Shown: positions 1 through 12,600 of the stretch, piece after piece
Numbering within the stretch: position 1 is the stretch's first letter
Layout of the letters: the number at the start of each line of letters is the position of its first letter
Source: Anthoceros angustus
Lineage: Eukaryota; Plantae; Anthocerotophyta
DNA: 64,000 nucleotides
Assembly (NCBI GenBank): GCA_010909165.1
Contig: VJWM01000068.1
Coordinates: 124,001 to 188,000 of the forward strand
Reading direction: 5' to 3'
Position numbers and translations under genes: made by a program
The notes under the pieces: model-generated
Databases searched by the model: none
What the model was told of the DNA's origin: nothing
Seen by the model: the letters and a program-made list of their open reading frames with translations, nothing else

Positions 1-49
1 CTCCATACGATCAAGATTACTAGGATGAGGTGTTATCTATTCGAGCGGA

Positions 50-548
50 TGAGTACTAAGATGGGTGTCATCTATCCTCTTGAACAACAACTAAGACAAT
101 ACTAAGATGGGTGCCATCTATCCTCTTGAACAACAACTAAGACAATACTGTAGCGGGTGAGTACTAAGATGGGTTGCCATCTATCCTCTTGAACAACAAC
201 TAAGATGGGTTGTCATCTATCCTCTTGAACAACAACTAAGACAATACTGTAGAGTAAGATGGGTTGTCATTTATCCTCTTGAACAACAACTAAGACAATA
301 CTGTAGAGGTCTTCGGAACTTCGTTTGATTAGATACATAGTATATAGTTTTTCCTCTTGAACAACAACTAAGACAATACTGTAGCCGCTGAGTACTAAGA
401 TGGGTTGTCATCTATCCTCTTGAACAACAACCAAGACAATACTGTAAAGTAAGATGGGTTGCCATCTATCCTCTTGAACAACAACTAAGACAATACTGTA
501 GAGTTCTTCGGAACTTCGTTTGATTAGATACATAGTATATAGTTTTTC
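50..548. repeat. Degenerate minisatellite (~50-90 bp units) with core CTAAGATGGGTTGTCATCTATCCTCTTGAACAACAACTAAGACAATAC
   Basis: About 8 copies of the CCTCTTGAACAACAACTAAG core. A second unit (CTTCGGAACTTCGTTTGATTAGATACATAGTATATAGTTTTTC) occurs twice, at ~311 and ~507. Confidence 0.9.
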
Positions 549-1794
549 ATAACTTTGTTTGATTAGACACCTTGGGACGAATAACTACGAGGATGGGTGC
601 TTACCTAAAGAATGAAACTTATAAGGGTTTTGGATTTTTGTAAAAGTTGTTTAAAGCATCACTCTATTCAAGCCAGAAATGAAGTTTCACTACAAAATGA
701 ATCTATGAAGTCCTACATCCTTTGTTATACAACTATCGAGTAGTTTCTCTTCTTTTTATGGTGTCTCTTGTTTAAACCTCTCTAGTACGACATACATACA
801 AGAACTCTTTCTTTCTACCCGATTACTTTTCTTGTGTCTCATGGTGGTTTTTTCATCCTTCCACCTTCAATAGACATTTTAATTTTAAGTTGTTGTTGTT
901 ATTGAGGCTAACAACCGTAGTCATGTTCTCCTGAGGTTACATGATTATGATTATTGGGATAGTGTGTCCTATCTCCACATTGGAGCAATCGTAATAGGTG
1001 GAGGACTCTATAAAATTCTTCAAACAAGAAACAAGAACTATGTAATCCTCAATTTAGGTTACTTTGACAATTAGTTCAATCATAAGTACTGTGATGCATG
1101 CTTACTTTGACGATGGGGATGGGTTCCCTACTTCAACAATGGAGCTTTAGTAAAGCTATAGGATGGGGTGTCTATCACAATAATAGATCTTTTTAGTAAG
1201 AAGTCTCGTTTAAGGCATACTCAAGTTGTAAAAATCTTCTATCAAGAAACAAAGAATTCTAAAATGTTCAATTGAGAGCGGATAACTCTATAATTTACAC
1301 TCAGTTTGAGCCAAGGTTATATGGCAGTTACCATGATTGAATAATGAAATAACCAAGCTTGTATGGTGGTTATCATGATTTAATAATGAAAAATAAGTTC
1401 AGTTTGCTAAAACAACCCAACAAATTATTATGCATATTCATTTGTACACCATGTCATTATTCTATGGGAGATTATGAAAGGTAGAACTTTGTTTAAATGA
1501 TTAATTAGAGTTAATAAATATAATTATTTAGTATTAATCAAACCAAAGTAAAAGATGGTATGTGGTTGAGTAGTATTCATTAAGATAATTAATTAACATG
1601 AATTAATATGCACCAAGGGCACCCTATTCCATCTCGTATGGCAGGAAGGAGAAGATATTTAATAACATAATTGTATCACATCAAAATGAAGTGTCACCCT
1701 ATGGTAGAACACAAGATAAGAACCTTGTGCTGGAGAAGAGAGTACGAGCCTCTCGGACGGCAATTCATGGCCCGATTCATTACATTCCAAAATG

Positions 1795-2034
1795 CGTGGA
1801 TTGGGTATGATTCTCAAACAAAAAGAATGATAGCGAATAAAGTTTAATGAATGAAAGCAACATGAATATACTAATCAAGCCATTTGAGACAGAATCCTTG
1901 AACAACGCAGTATACATGGATTGGGTACGATCCTCGAACAAAAAGAATGATAGCGAATAAATTTTAATCAATGAAAGCAACACGAATATACTAATCAGGC
2001 CATTTGAGACAGAATCCTTGAGCAATGCAGTATA
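1795..2034. repeat. Two tandem, diverged copies of a 120-bp unit
   Basis: 1795-1914 and 1915-2034 align with period 120 and differ by scattered substitutions (also visible as the duplicated peptide in ORF 1780..2151). Confidence 0.9.
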
Positions 2035-2464
2035 AATAAGAGTTCTATGCTCCAGAAATATTGGACCAGAAATATCCTTTGATCTAATTATAATACAGAA
2101 ACCAAGATTTGAAGAAAACATCAACCTAACTGTATCACTCAAAATCAGCAAATCAGCTTACGTACTTTAAGACCCATTATTATGGATAGTATACATATGT
2201 TCCGGCACTCATAATTTATCCATCCATAAGTAGTACCCACCTAGTTGGAGCTCTAAGGAAAAGTAAAAGCAATGCATGCAGGATGTGGAATACATAGAGG
2301 TGAACAGCGGATAAGGTGGATAAGATGTGTGCCGTCCACCCCGTGCCTGCCTCATGTCCACAACCTCCAAATTTATAGCGGAACTGCTCCCTGATACAGT
2401 TTGCCGTTGTGTGACGAGAGAAAATTTGCGGAAGCCCGAAGTGTGTGTCCTGTATCCCTTAGCC

Positions 2465-2722
2465 ATGGCGTCTCTGGCGTGGACAGCAGCTGCATTGCCC
2501 GCGTCTCAGCTAGTGCTCAACAGTGCCAAGAAGCAGGAAAGCAAGGGCCTGTTCGATTGGCTCAGCGACGCGCTCGACAAGGACGCCCTCTCCGAAACGG
2601 ACCCCGTCCTGCAGAAGGTGGAGGGCAAGAACGGGGCCGTCTCAGGCAAGCCGAAAGCGGCCCCCGGCAAGAAGGCGGCCCCTGCTCCACAAAAAAAGGG
2701 TGGATTCTTCGGCAAAAAGTGA
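2465..2722 (+). CDS. TSP9: Thylakoid soluble phosphoprotein TSP9, single exon, 85 aa
   Basis: MASLAW... short transit peptide followed by K.ESKGLFDWL...ETDPVLQKV and a Lys/Gly-rich tail ending GGFFGKK, matching the TSP9 family pattern (DW...ETDP.L...GG.F.KK). ATG at 2465 is in frame within ORF 2327..2722. Confidence 0.85.
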   Translation: MASLAWTAAALPASQLVLNSAKKQESKGLFDWLSDALDKDALSETDPVLQKVEGKNGAVSGKPKAAPGKKAAPAPQKKGGFFGKK

Positions 2723-4083
2723 TGTGCGTCCTCGTACCGCCGTGCAAATCCTTCATTCGCTCACTGTAGCATGCACGATTGCACTCCCAAGCGTTGGTCG
2801 CCCTCGCTTGACGTCGCTTCTCACCATGTGGTATGCGCAGATGGCTCTCAAGGTTTGTCACTATGCGAGTCCGAGCCCGAGGTGTGAAATTTCAGGCGTC
2901 TTTGCGAATTTCAGGGTACCAGGGTTCTAACATTAGCGAGCTGCTGGTGTTGTGTATTATTCATCCTCTCTTGCCTTTCGAGGCAGCAGCATTGTTTTGC
3001 AGAGACCTCGGAATCTTAAACCGTTGTCTCTTCTTCCCATATGATATGTATCTGTAATGCAGGCCAGTGTCCCTGCTACCTGAATGCAAGCACTGATTTA
3101 ATTGTCCAGGCCGCGGCAGCTGATGGACTGTCCTCTGCATCTTGTCTCACATTGTTAGTCAGGAGATAATCCGATGCTGGTTTCACACAAGCACAAGGAG
3201 GCAACTGTTCTTGCAGTTTTTCGTCACCTTGGCTTCCAAAGCAGGGCGTTGCATTCCCTAGCATTATGATTTGGAGTCGGAGCTTTCGTTCATCTGCCAC
3301 CCCGGCATCCTGCAATCCTCACCTGGAATTGGCACGGAGAACACGAAAACTCTGATCTCTGGAGCTAAGCCTTGTTCGAAAGCGCGGAGTTAAAACCCCC
3401 TTAGTGTTTCGTTGGCCTAGATATCCTCACGAACGTACTGTCGCGAAGTTCGTGAACCCTACCAGAGCGAGTAGACTGGGACACTAGCTCGGAGAGAAAT
3501 TGCTTGCACGACATCTGCCCTTGCCTTTTGACAACACTCTCTTGAACAGGTTTGACTCCAATCACCACACTGTTGCGTCCGAGCTCCCTCGTTTTAGATT
3601 TGAGATGTGCAAGTGTTTTGCGCCACCGAACTGCCAGGTGCTGTGGTTATGAGATTCGGAGGTTCAGGCCTATAATTCTCCATCCAGAGGAGTGTGACGC
3701 CGTCGGCCTTGTAGGAATTTGCGGGACCGACGGCATCACACGGAGAAGTAAAGGCCTGCACCTCGAATCCGATTAAAATTCAAGGTAGGCATTTTTTTAC
3801 AAATAGGATTCCTGTGCTCTTCGTTGCCCACATCGTTTGCTTGGATGTGGGTCAGCTAGGGACGTGGGGGATTGCATCTCCGTGGAGATCGTCTCGGCTT
3901 CGCATCCTCCATGGTAAGTGCCGCCCGATTTGAGGTATATATATTGTGAGAAAGCATGTTATCGCTGATATGGGAGTGTTTCGAGTTCGTGTTTGCTTCA
4001 TCTTGCTGGCAGCTACTAAGTTGTTTCTGGTGTTTTGTACAGTGCCTCGGAGTTGTTTGAGGGGTTGCAAGAGATCAGTGACA

Positions 4084-6387
4084 ATGCAGGCTAGCTTGAG
4101 CACCCGGCTTGGGCAGTACTGGGGTGGCATCCCATCCGTCACAGCAGCACTTGGGGTGGTCTGCTCTGGCATTTATTTGGGAATTCTTTTCCTAGGCTAT
4201 GACGAGTTTGAACAAGTGTGTTTTCTACCGTCTTTTGTGGTTGGCAAGTTCCAAGGTACGCTGTGGTGCTTGTTTTTTCACTCTGCTTTGGGTGCTCTCA
4301 TCACTAACCTTTAGCGCATGGGTGCACTGTCCTAAAATATCTCATGTTATTGGTGCAGGACAGTCTACAGAGTGTACACGTCGGTTTTGTTCCATCAAAA
4401 CATTTTGCATCTGGTCTTCAACATGTTGGCTTTCATTCCTATAGGAAGTGGTCTCGAGCGAATGTTTGGGTCTGTGAGATATTTCCACGTCCTTTTGCTC
4501 CTGACCACAAGCAATGCATTGCTGCACCTCGTAGTTGCGTACATGGCAGCATACAACTTCATACACCCATTTCCTAGTTTGCTGCACGAGTGCGGTATTG
4601 GTCTATCAGGTGTTATTTTCTCTTTGGTGGTTATTGAAACCACCTTGAGTGGCATCGAGAACCGCAAGTAAGTCTCATCACCTTACAGGCTGCACAACAA
4701 ATTTTGATCGACAACTGTGGTTACTGTGGTGGACATGTTATTAAGTGCTGTTACTCATGCTGTTACCCATTTGCAGCATTTTTGGGCTCTTCAATGTCCC
4801 TGCCAAGTGGTAAGCACTCTTGCGTTTTATTCAGGCTGCTTCTTTGTCTGAGCGGAGTATGCCATTCTACATGTCTTTTGTTCGTAGTTGTAAATTTTCT
4901 CCAGACGATTTCGTTGGTGATTGCTCGTTTAGAAGGCAATCGTAATGTTGATATCGTTTGGTGTGTGCAGGTACGTTTGGGTTCTGCTGTTGGTGTTCCA
5001 ATTCTTCATGCCTCACGTCTCTTTTCTTGCTCATTTGAGTGGCATCATCTCAGGCTATTTGTGTACGTTGTAATTCTTTTGCTCTTAATTGTGGATCACA
5101 AGACCTGATGCTAGGGTTACCATGCTCACTGGATTTCGTTTTGTACAACGGAGGTACATGTCAGTCTCAGTTGGACTAAAACCAACCTCCATTCTCGTGT
5201 AGATGTTCTCGGTGTATTCAATGCTCTATTACTAGCACCATCGACATATGTTGCCATTGAAGAATCGAGCTTTCTTGTAAGTTGTCAAACTGATTCCTTC
5301 TTGTCCTGAGAAAAGCGTTGGCGTTTGGAAGTGTTGAGGTTAGGCGGTTTTGAATCCTTGTTATCAAACAGGCGCCTCTAGTAAGGAGACAAGGTTTCAT
5401 ACTTGGAGGCAGTGCCGTGGTTAGCACACTGCCAAGTTTCTCCCTCCCAAGGTGCGGTGGAGTGATCTTAAGATGCTGCTTGCAAGTTTAGTTGGCATTG
5501 CTTGTTAACTATTTCAAAACATGTCTGAGTTTTGTGATTTTGGATGCAACGGACCAGTGTGGCAACTGATGGTAGCATATGGAGGCGCCTGGAATCAGTT
5601 ATCCCACGTCAACATCAGTCAACAGACACAGATGAGGTGTGTTGGTGTTTACATTTTCTGATATACCAGATTTTACTTGTCCCCTGAATGCTTGCAAGTC
5701 ACTCATTTTTTATCTTAATTGTCACTTGGTACTGATTGAGGTTACTGGCTGACCTTCAGCGATTCCCTGGACGAGGGCGAACGTTAGGTGGAAATATTCA
5801 ACCTCCTGTAAGTGGACCTTGATCCTTTCCCTTCCTTAGGAGCAAGGTACGACTTACTCCCCACTGATCTTCAACCTTCTCGTCTGGATGGGTCCAACAG
5901 GTACAATCAGCTGGAGCTGCAGTGTCGTCCACACATGCTAGGTTTGTACAAGGTTTGTTGAGATTGGTAGCTGTTGTTCACGTTTTTGCTATGTCCCCTG
6001 ATAAGATTGATTCCTGTTTTGGTTGATAGCTCGGTCCCTCCTCCAAAGCCTCAACCGACCCAGGAGGTGGATCGTGCCGTTAGTCAGGTATTGCCATAAC
6101 CTTTCCACCATACGAGCGGCATAACGATTAGGCAACTAAACTGAAACTCATCTGCTGTCTTTCAGAACCCTCAGGCAGGCACTGACAGTGCTCTGCGTAC
6201 CTTGGTCGCCATGGGTTTCCAGCAGGTATCTTATGATGACACCAATTTTTCGTGTTTTTGAGTGTAGAGTGAGTGTTCTCCCCCTCACTAAGTCTGTGCT
6301 GTCGCCCAGGATCAAGCAGCATTTGCGTTGGCGGCTACAAATGGAGATGTACAACTAGCGGTTGAGGTTCTTAGCTCTCAGGTCTGA
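4084..6387 (+). CDS. RBL15: Rhomboid-like protein with C-terminal UBA domain (RBL15 type), multi-exon
   Basis: Exons read STRLGQYWGGIPSVT, VYRVYTSVLFHQNILHLVFNMLA, ECGIGLSGVIFS, IFGLFNVPAKW, FPGRGRTLGG and LVAMGF...ALAATNGDVQLAVEVLSSQV*, joined by GT-AG introns. The start codon is uncertain: there may be a short upstream exon (ATG|gtaagt at ~3911). Confidence 0.9.
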
Positions 6388-6971
6388 ACAGTTTCAGTTT
6401 TGCCTTTACTTTGAGTTGTGATCGATAGCAGGCTAGCTTGTTTCACTGCCACGGCCGTCCCTACTGCAGTGATGACCTACATACCATCTAAGAGGAGTTG
6501 AGAAGAAGTTCCGATGGAGCAGCAGGGAACTCGGAGGGAATAGTTGCTTCATATACCTTGTGATTCCAGGTGCAGCTGTAGCTCAGAGAAAATTTCTCTG
6601 CCCCCGAGTGTGACACTTGCATTGGCTTAAGCCATGTGATTGAGAACCGAATTCGGATCACAACAATGGAAGCACTTTGGCTCAAGCCCTGTGATTGAGA
6701 ACCGAAGTCGTGATCTGGATCACAAAAACGTAACCGATAGCCAGCATTGAGCATATGTTTCCATTCCCAAGATGGAAATACGAGTTTCCAGAGTTGGGTG
6801 TCGCTTCAGTTCAGGATTTCGTTCGTCTTGGCTTATCCCATTGCACCAATGACAACGACGATGTTTTCTTGTGTTGCTAGGTTGACATAGGCTAATGAGG
6901 ATCGTGTTCATGGCCAAGTCCTGCAACCGATGACCGCAGTCCTCTCTGCAGGCAGCTCCCGGCGTTTGTCC

Positions 6972-9260
6972 ATGGCTTGCACACGCCTCCCCTGCAATGG
7001 GATCGTTGTTGGGTCTCCCAAGTGTGTCAGGACGTGCATTGCCATCGCTGGAACTGGACGTCCTTTGTTTGGTATTAGGATGGGAATGGCAGCAGGCCGG
7101 ACGTTGTGGTCGACAAGCCTGAATTTGCAGTACCGCCCAAGTTGGGAGTTGGATGGTCTGGCAGCTCATGACTCGCAGTCTACCTTGTCAAAGGGATATT
7201 CAGCACGGGGGTCGAGAATGCGGATACGAGCAGCTGCGACGGATGAGGAAGCCATGACCCCACCTTACAATGTGCTTGTAACAGGGTCCACCAAGGGTAA
7301 TCTTGCATTCGGATGGTATGAGTTTTGAGCTTGGTTGGAAGCGAATCAAGATGAGGAAATGACTCCTTTGCTGAAGGTTTTTCAGGCATAGGGTACGCTC
7401 TTGCCAAAGAGTTCCTCAAGGCTGGTGACAACGTCGTCATCTGCTCCCGTTCAGGTAGGCACAGTGAGCTGGTCCACACAGTACTGAAGAATTGCTACGG
7501 TAGACGAAAGTACAGCTGCCTGTGCCTACATGACGAGATACAGTCTTCACATTTTGGGTCCTGGTGTTGTTATGGTCCGTGTCAGGCGTTTGCTGAATCA
7601 TGGTGTTGCCCGTCGATATTCTCGGCTGGTCTTCCCACATTTGCAGAGGAGCGAGTTCAGGCAACTTTGCAAGAGCTTTCTAAGGAGTTTGGGGAGCGAG
7701 CTGTGGTGTGCATTTTAAGCTTCCCATTTTCCTTCTGCGCATTTTGCTACTTCATCGTGTGGTAGTTGTTGGATGACCTTAGTCGCGAACTGCAAACAAT
7801 TTGCTCGTGCAGGGTACTACATGTGATGTACGGGATGCTAAGAGCCTTGAAGCCCTGGCTGCGTTTGCCTCTTCGAAGCTTGGCTATGTGGACATATGGG
7901 TATGCCATTGCGGCTGTACCCTGGATAATGCTGGCCCTTTCCCAGTTCTGCTGTTCCTCACTGTGTGCTGCCAAAGCCTGCAGATAAACAACGCAGGTAC
8001 AAATGCCTACACCTACAAGACGCTCGTGGACAGCAGTGATGAAGCTATCATGTAAGTAGCATACATGTTTTTCTGAGGACCATCTCTAGGGACGTACACC
8101 GTGAGTGTTCTAACTACTTCTCTGGTTTTGGCAGGGAGATTGTGGAAACCAACACGCTTGGGGTCATGCTTTGTTGTCGGCAGGTAGGTATCCTTGTCCC
8201 TTTCCTCCTGTACTCACCTGACGCCTTCGAATAACAGGTTGAGCTGCTGACAGGCACTGAGAATGATGAAGGAACAACCACGGGGAGGACATGTTTTCAA
8301 CATGGATGGTGCTGGTGCTGACGGTAATCCAACCCCAAGGTATGCTCCTTCCCATCTCGCAGATTAGTAGTCTGAGCCTCTTCGGCAACAGTGTCCAAGT
8401 TTAGCTTCTGAGCCTGGCGTGCCAAACTTCACCTGCAGGTTTGCGGCATATGGTGCAACCAAGCGGAGTCTTGCACAATTCACCAAGTCCTTGCAGGTGA
8501 GCTCCTTCATCCCGTCAGCGAATGTCCTCAACTTGCAGATAACGCATGTCTGGAGCTGATGTTGTGTGGATGTGGCTACCTTCTCAGGCAGAGCTGCGTA
8601 TGCAAGGAGTGAAAAAAGTCATCGTCCACAACTTATCGGTATATTTCTGACAGGCTACTCTTATCCCCCAACCCGTGTGCACACATCGGTGTCCAGATGA
8701 AGGAGGCACTTCCCCGTGTTGATGGCACTGTTTCCTTTTGCAGCCTGGGATGGTCACCACAGAACTCCTACTGTCGGGAGGCGACACACGGCAGGCAAGC
8801 CTGTAGAATATCGCATTTTAAAACTGTCATGCCCCTCCAACCGCCCTCTGTTCTGCTAACGGTGAAGATCTGTGCAGGCAAAGTTTTTCATCAACGCCCT
8901 TGCCGAGCAACCTGAAACAGTACGTACAGAGTGCAAATAAAGTGTGTCTTCGGGCTGCCTTCGAGCTTCAGAAGCCATCCTGGGCCGGGTTCTAACCTGT
9001 TCTCCTGCGCTCAGGTTGCACAATATTTGGTTCCTCGAGTCCGAGCCGTTCCTTCAGAGCAAAGCGGAAATAGCACTTACATTCGGTTCCTAACACGGTT
9101 CAAGGCTTACTCTCAGATCCTTGCGGTAAGCTTGCATTGGCAGCCGAGGTCGTTGCTTCATCTTTTGCATTGACTCAGAGGACGTAACTGAAATCCTGTG
9201 TCCGGAAATCAGAGGCTGGTTTTCAAGGCACGGAAGGACCTCTACTTGAAAGAAGAATAG
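6972..9260 (+). CDS. NOL: Chlorophyll(ide) b reductase NOL (NYC1-like SDR), multi-exon
   Basis: PPYNVLVTGSTKG|IGYALAKEFLKAGDNVVICSRS, INNAG, GHVFNMDGAGADGNPTPR|FAAYGATKRS (SDR YxxxK), PGMVTTELL, KFFINALAE. Stop TAG at 9258-9260. Start could be 6930, 6972 or 7080. Confidence 0.92.
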
Positions 9261-9624
9261 TAGGCGTAGTGCAGCTGTGTTAGGTGCCTGTCCTCACCGA
9301 TTTTTCTCACTGCAGTGGGAGGTTGTATTCAAAGCTCTGCTTGCATTAGATGCCTTGCAAGTTGCAACGATGAACACGGAACCGGCCATGGTATGAGTTG
9401 TATCAGGCCCGTTCAAGATGAGCCACACACAGTCGAGGTGTGGGAGGAAGGAGTTGAATGGCATTCAGTATCTGCATAGTAATATACAAAGTGCGATAGC
9501 ATATGGACGACGAGGGCTCAAATCCCGGTGTGAGTGGAGACGTTACGCAACGGGATCCCGCAAGCATTCCCTTGGAAATGGTAATGAAATGGTAACATGC
9601 ATATGGTGGCGGCATCTCGGACTT

Positions 9625-12600
9625 CGCTGGGGACAAAGTACACGAGATTTGTCTGCCATGGCCACCGGTCGTTGGGCAGCTGAAAGGGGACTGGTTGGAA
9701 GCCTGGGGCGAGGCCGAGTTGCCACAGGGGCAGATGAGGAGCCAGCCTGAGGCTCCGCAGGAAAGCCGACTCCTTCGGCATCGTGGTCTTGATTCAACAT
9801 CATCCTCAGAAGAATACAGAGATGGAGGCAGCGGGGAAGCAAATGTCATAACTCCATCGGGAGTTGGGATGAATCGAATCCGAGCACAGTGTGGCCCGAC
9901 AACTGAGCCTGGATTCGTTTCATTCGAAGAGGATTCTGGCGGGGATCGGCAGCTTCTGCGGGGCGACTACTTCAACAGTTGCTCGCCCTACTAGGCTACT
10001 TTGCTTCAGTTCTGCTCTGGTAGAAGACGAATATGTTTGCGCAATTGCACATGCCAGACGAGATGCAATGGGCCTTATTTTATTTGCATAAGGTATCACA
10101 AGATGAGAAGCATCTTCTCGAGACTGGGGGCAAATCCGACTCTTGGCAAGGTGGATACATAGGCCATTCTGACTTCTGTGGCTGCATGTTGGTCCACGAC
10201 ACTGCGGGCGATGAGATTCAGCAACGTACTTTGAGCAAAGATACGTTGGGAATCCTTGCTTTGGTTGGACGAAGGCTGGGTTGGAAGGAGGGTTTTCCTT
10301 CGAGCAAGTCTGGACTGGAGCGAACTGAAAGGGAGAACGGTTATAATATGTTGTTGAAAGCGGTGCAAGTCGGTGCCACTTGCAAGGGTATCTGACAAGA
10401 ACGCTAAATATATAATATCTGTGGCTGGCAGTCCACCGTGCCGGACAGCACTTGACACAGCACTTGAGAGAGACCTATGACGGCACCATGGGGAGTGACC
10501 GAATGGAAATGAGATCAGCATGACATGCATCCTGGAAGATATCCAAACGGACGAATCGGGAGAAGACCCTCCTATCACTGAAGTTTGATCTCCATAGTCA
10601 CATCGTCCTGCTCGGCAGAACAGTGAAAGGAGAAGTCCACTGAACAAAGGAAAGTGCAGGACAGTGCTCGGGCATGGAACTGGGTCCTGGGCCTCCAGGA
10701 GTCCAGGGGCCTGCTATCAGTGTGGTGGGCTCCTGCGAGGAATCTTCACAGAATCCCTGACGCTCTCGAGGGACAATGGCTGTAATGACCCTTCCTCTTC
10801 TCTTCCCTTCTCTTCTCTTCTCTTCTCTTCTCATCACAAAGCAAAGGGTATTATTACCACCATTTGTGTTCAGGTGGCTGAAGACTGGACGTGGGACCCA
10901 TTCAGAAATTGAATGCTCTGCCCATTTGACCCAACTCAACGGCGCAAGTAAAGTTGTAACCAGCTGCGGGTGAAACAGCCTCTAGGTCTCAGATGACTCA
11001 ATTTGACATTGATAACATTGTCTGATGCTCGCCGTTGCAAGATCGAAGACTGTCGTGACGCGAAGAGAAGGCTCTCGCAGGTTGGAACACTCCAAAAAGC
11101 AATCACGAGACTTGTACAACTTATATCCGCGGAGGAGAGAATGTTTTGATGATCTTCCATTCCAATATTCTACGCCGCTGTTTCTGTTGCTGTTGTTGTT
11201 GTTGTTGTTGCTGCTGCTATTGCACATGTGTCAACTCATTCTCCTCACACGACGGCACAGACACTGCAGTACGTTTGCACAGTGAAGTACACAGCTATGG
11301 GCAGTCCTGACTCCCGATCATCAGCTTGGCGGCCTATGCATCAAAAACCTCAAGAGCGCTAGCAGCGGCGAGCCTGGGAGGAGGACACTCTATCGCAGTT
11401 GAAACGGTTGAAGTAGCTCGGAGCAAAGGCTCAGTGGTGATAGCCTATAGGTGGCCAGTGCTGGTCACTGTTTACCTGGCTTGTTCGATGTGGGGGAAGT
11501 CATGAATTCAGCGAATTCAGCGCTGATGGGTTTTCCGACAAGCCGAACGCCGTCCTGCAAATGCACATAGGGTCATATGGCCTTGCTTCCCTATATTTGG
11601 CCGGGAGGAGAAGGACAGTAGTCTATCTTCAGGCGCGGCAATGCTGTAGCTGGAAATACGACAAGCACAGCGCACGCGCTGAAACCAAACCCGCCGTGTC
11701 GGCCCATTTGCTCCTCCTTCACTGGGCCCACTTGGGGTGGATGCCCCAACACACTCTCCCAAACTCTTCCAACCATCGAACCTGCGCCTGATTCGTAGTC
11801 GGCGTCGGCCCCAGTCTTCCCTCCTCCTCTACCGGCTCGCTGGTAGGCCGGTACGTTTCCTTCTTATTGGCCACACTGGCATCTTATAATAATTTGGCAG
11901 GATGAATGCCCGAAGCATGTAAACATCATGTGAGGCCCTTTCACGTTTCACATGGCCGCTGTGTTCTCTGACATGTCAGGGCCACGCTGGGCTGAATGCA
12001 CCAAACGTGGAGATCCACGCTGGGGACAAAGTACACGAGATTTGTCTGCCATGGCCACCGGTCGTTGGGCAGCTGAAAGGGACTGGTTGGAAGCCTGGGG
12101 CGAGGCCGAGTTGCCACAGGGGCAGATGAGGAGCCAGCCTGAGGCTCCGCAGGAAAGCCGACTCCTTCGGCATCGTGGTCTTGATTCAACATCATCCTCA
12201 GAAGAATACAGAGATGGAGGCAGCGGGAAGCAAATGTCATAACTCCATCGAGTTGATGAATCGAATCCGAGCACAGTGTGGCCCGACAACTGAGCCTGGA
12301 TTCGTTTCATTCGAAGAGGATTCTGGCGGGGATCGGCAGCTTCTGCGGGCGACTACTTCAACAGTTGCTCGCCCTACTAGGCTACTTTACCAGTTCTGCT
12401 CTGGTAGAAGACGAATATGTTTGCGCAATTGCACATGCCAGACGAGATGCAATGGGCCTTATTTTATTTGCATAAGGTATCACAAGATGAGAAGCATCTT
12501 CTCGAGACTGGGGCAAATCCGACTCTTGGCAAGGTGGATACATAGGCCATTCTGACTTCTGTGGCTGCATGTTGGTCCACGACACTGCGGGCGATGAGAT

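Noticed and set aside
2780-3780. Possible small minus-strand gene between TSP9 and RBL15
   Set aside because: Splice-like signals are present, but I could not build a consistent reading frame or recognise a motif.
6624-6710. TGATTGAG twice, suggesting miR171
   Set aside because: The match stops after 8 nt, and it is a small direct (not inverted) duplication between RBL15 and NOL.
9890-10200. Faint resemblance to the LINE RT C-terminus (RLLARWIHR, GIGSFCG)
   Set aside because: No QG.PLSP or YADD-type RT motifs were found. The similarity is too weak to call without an HMM search.
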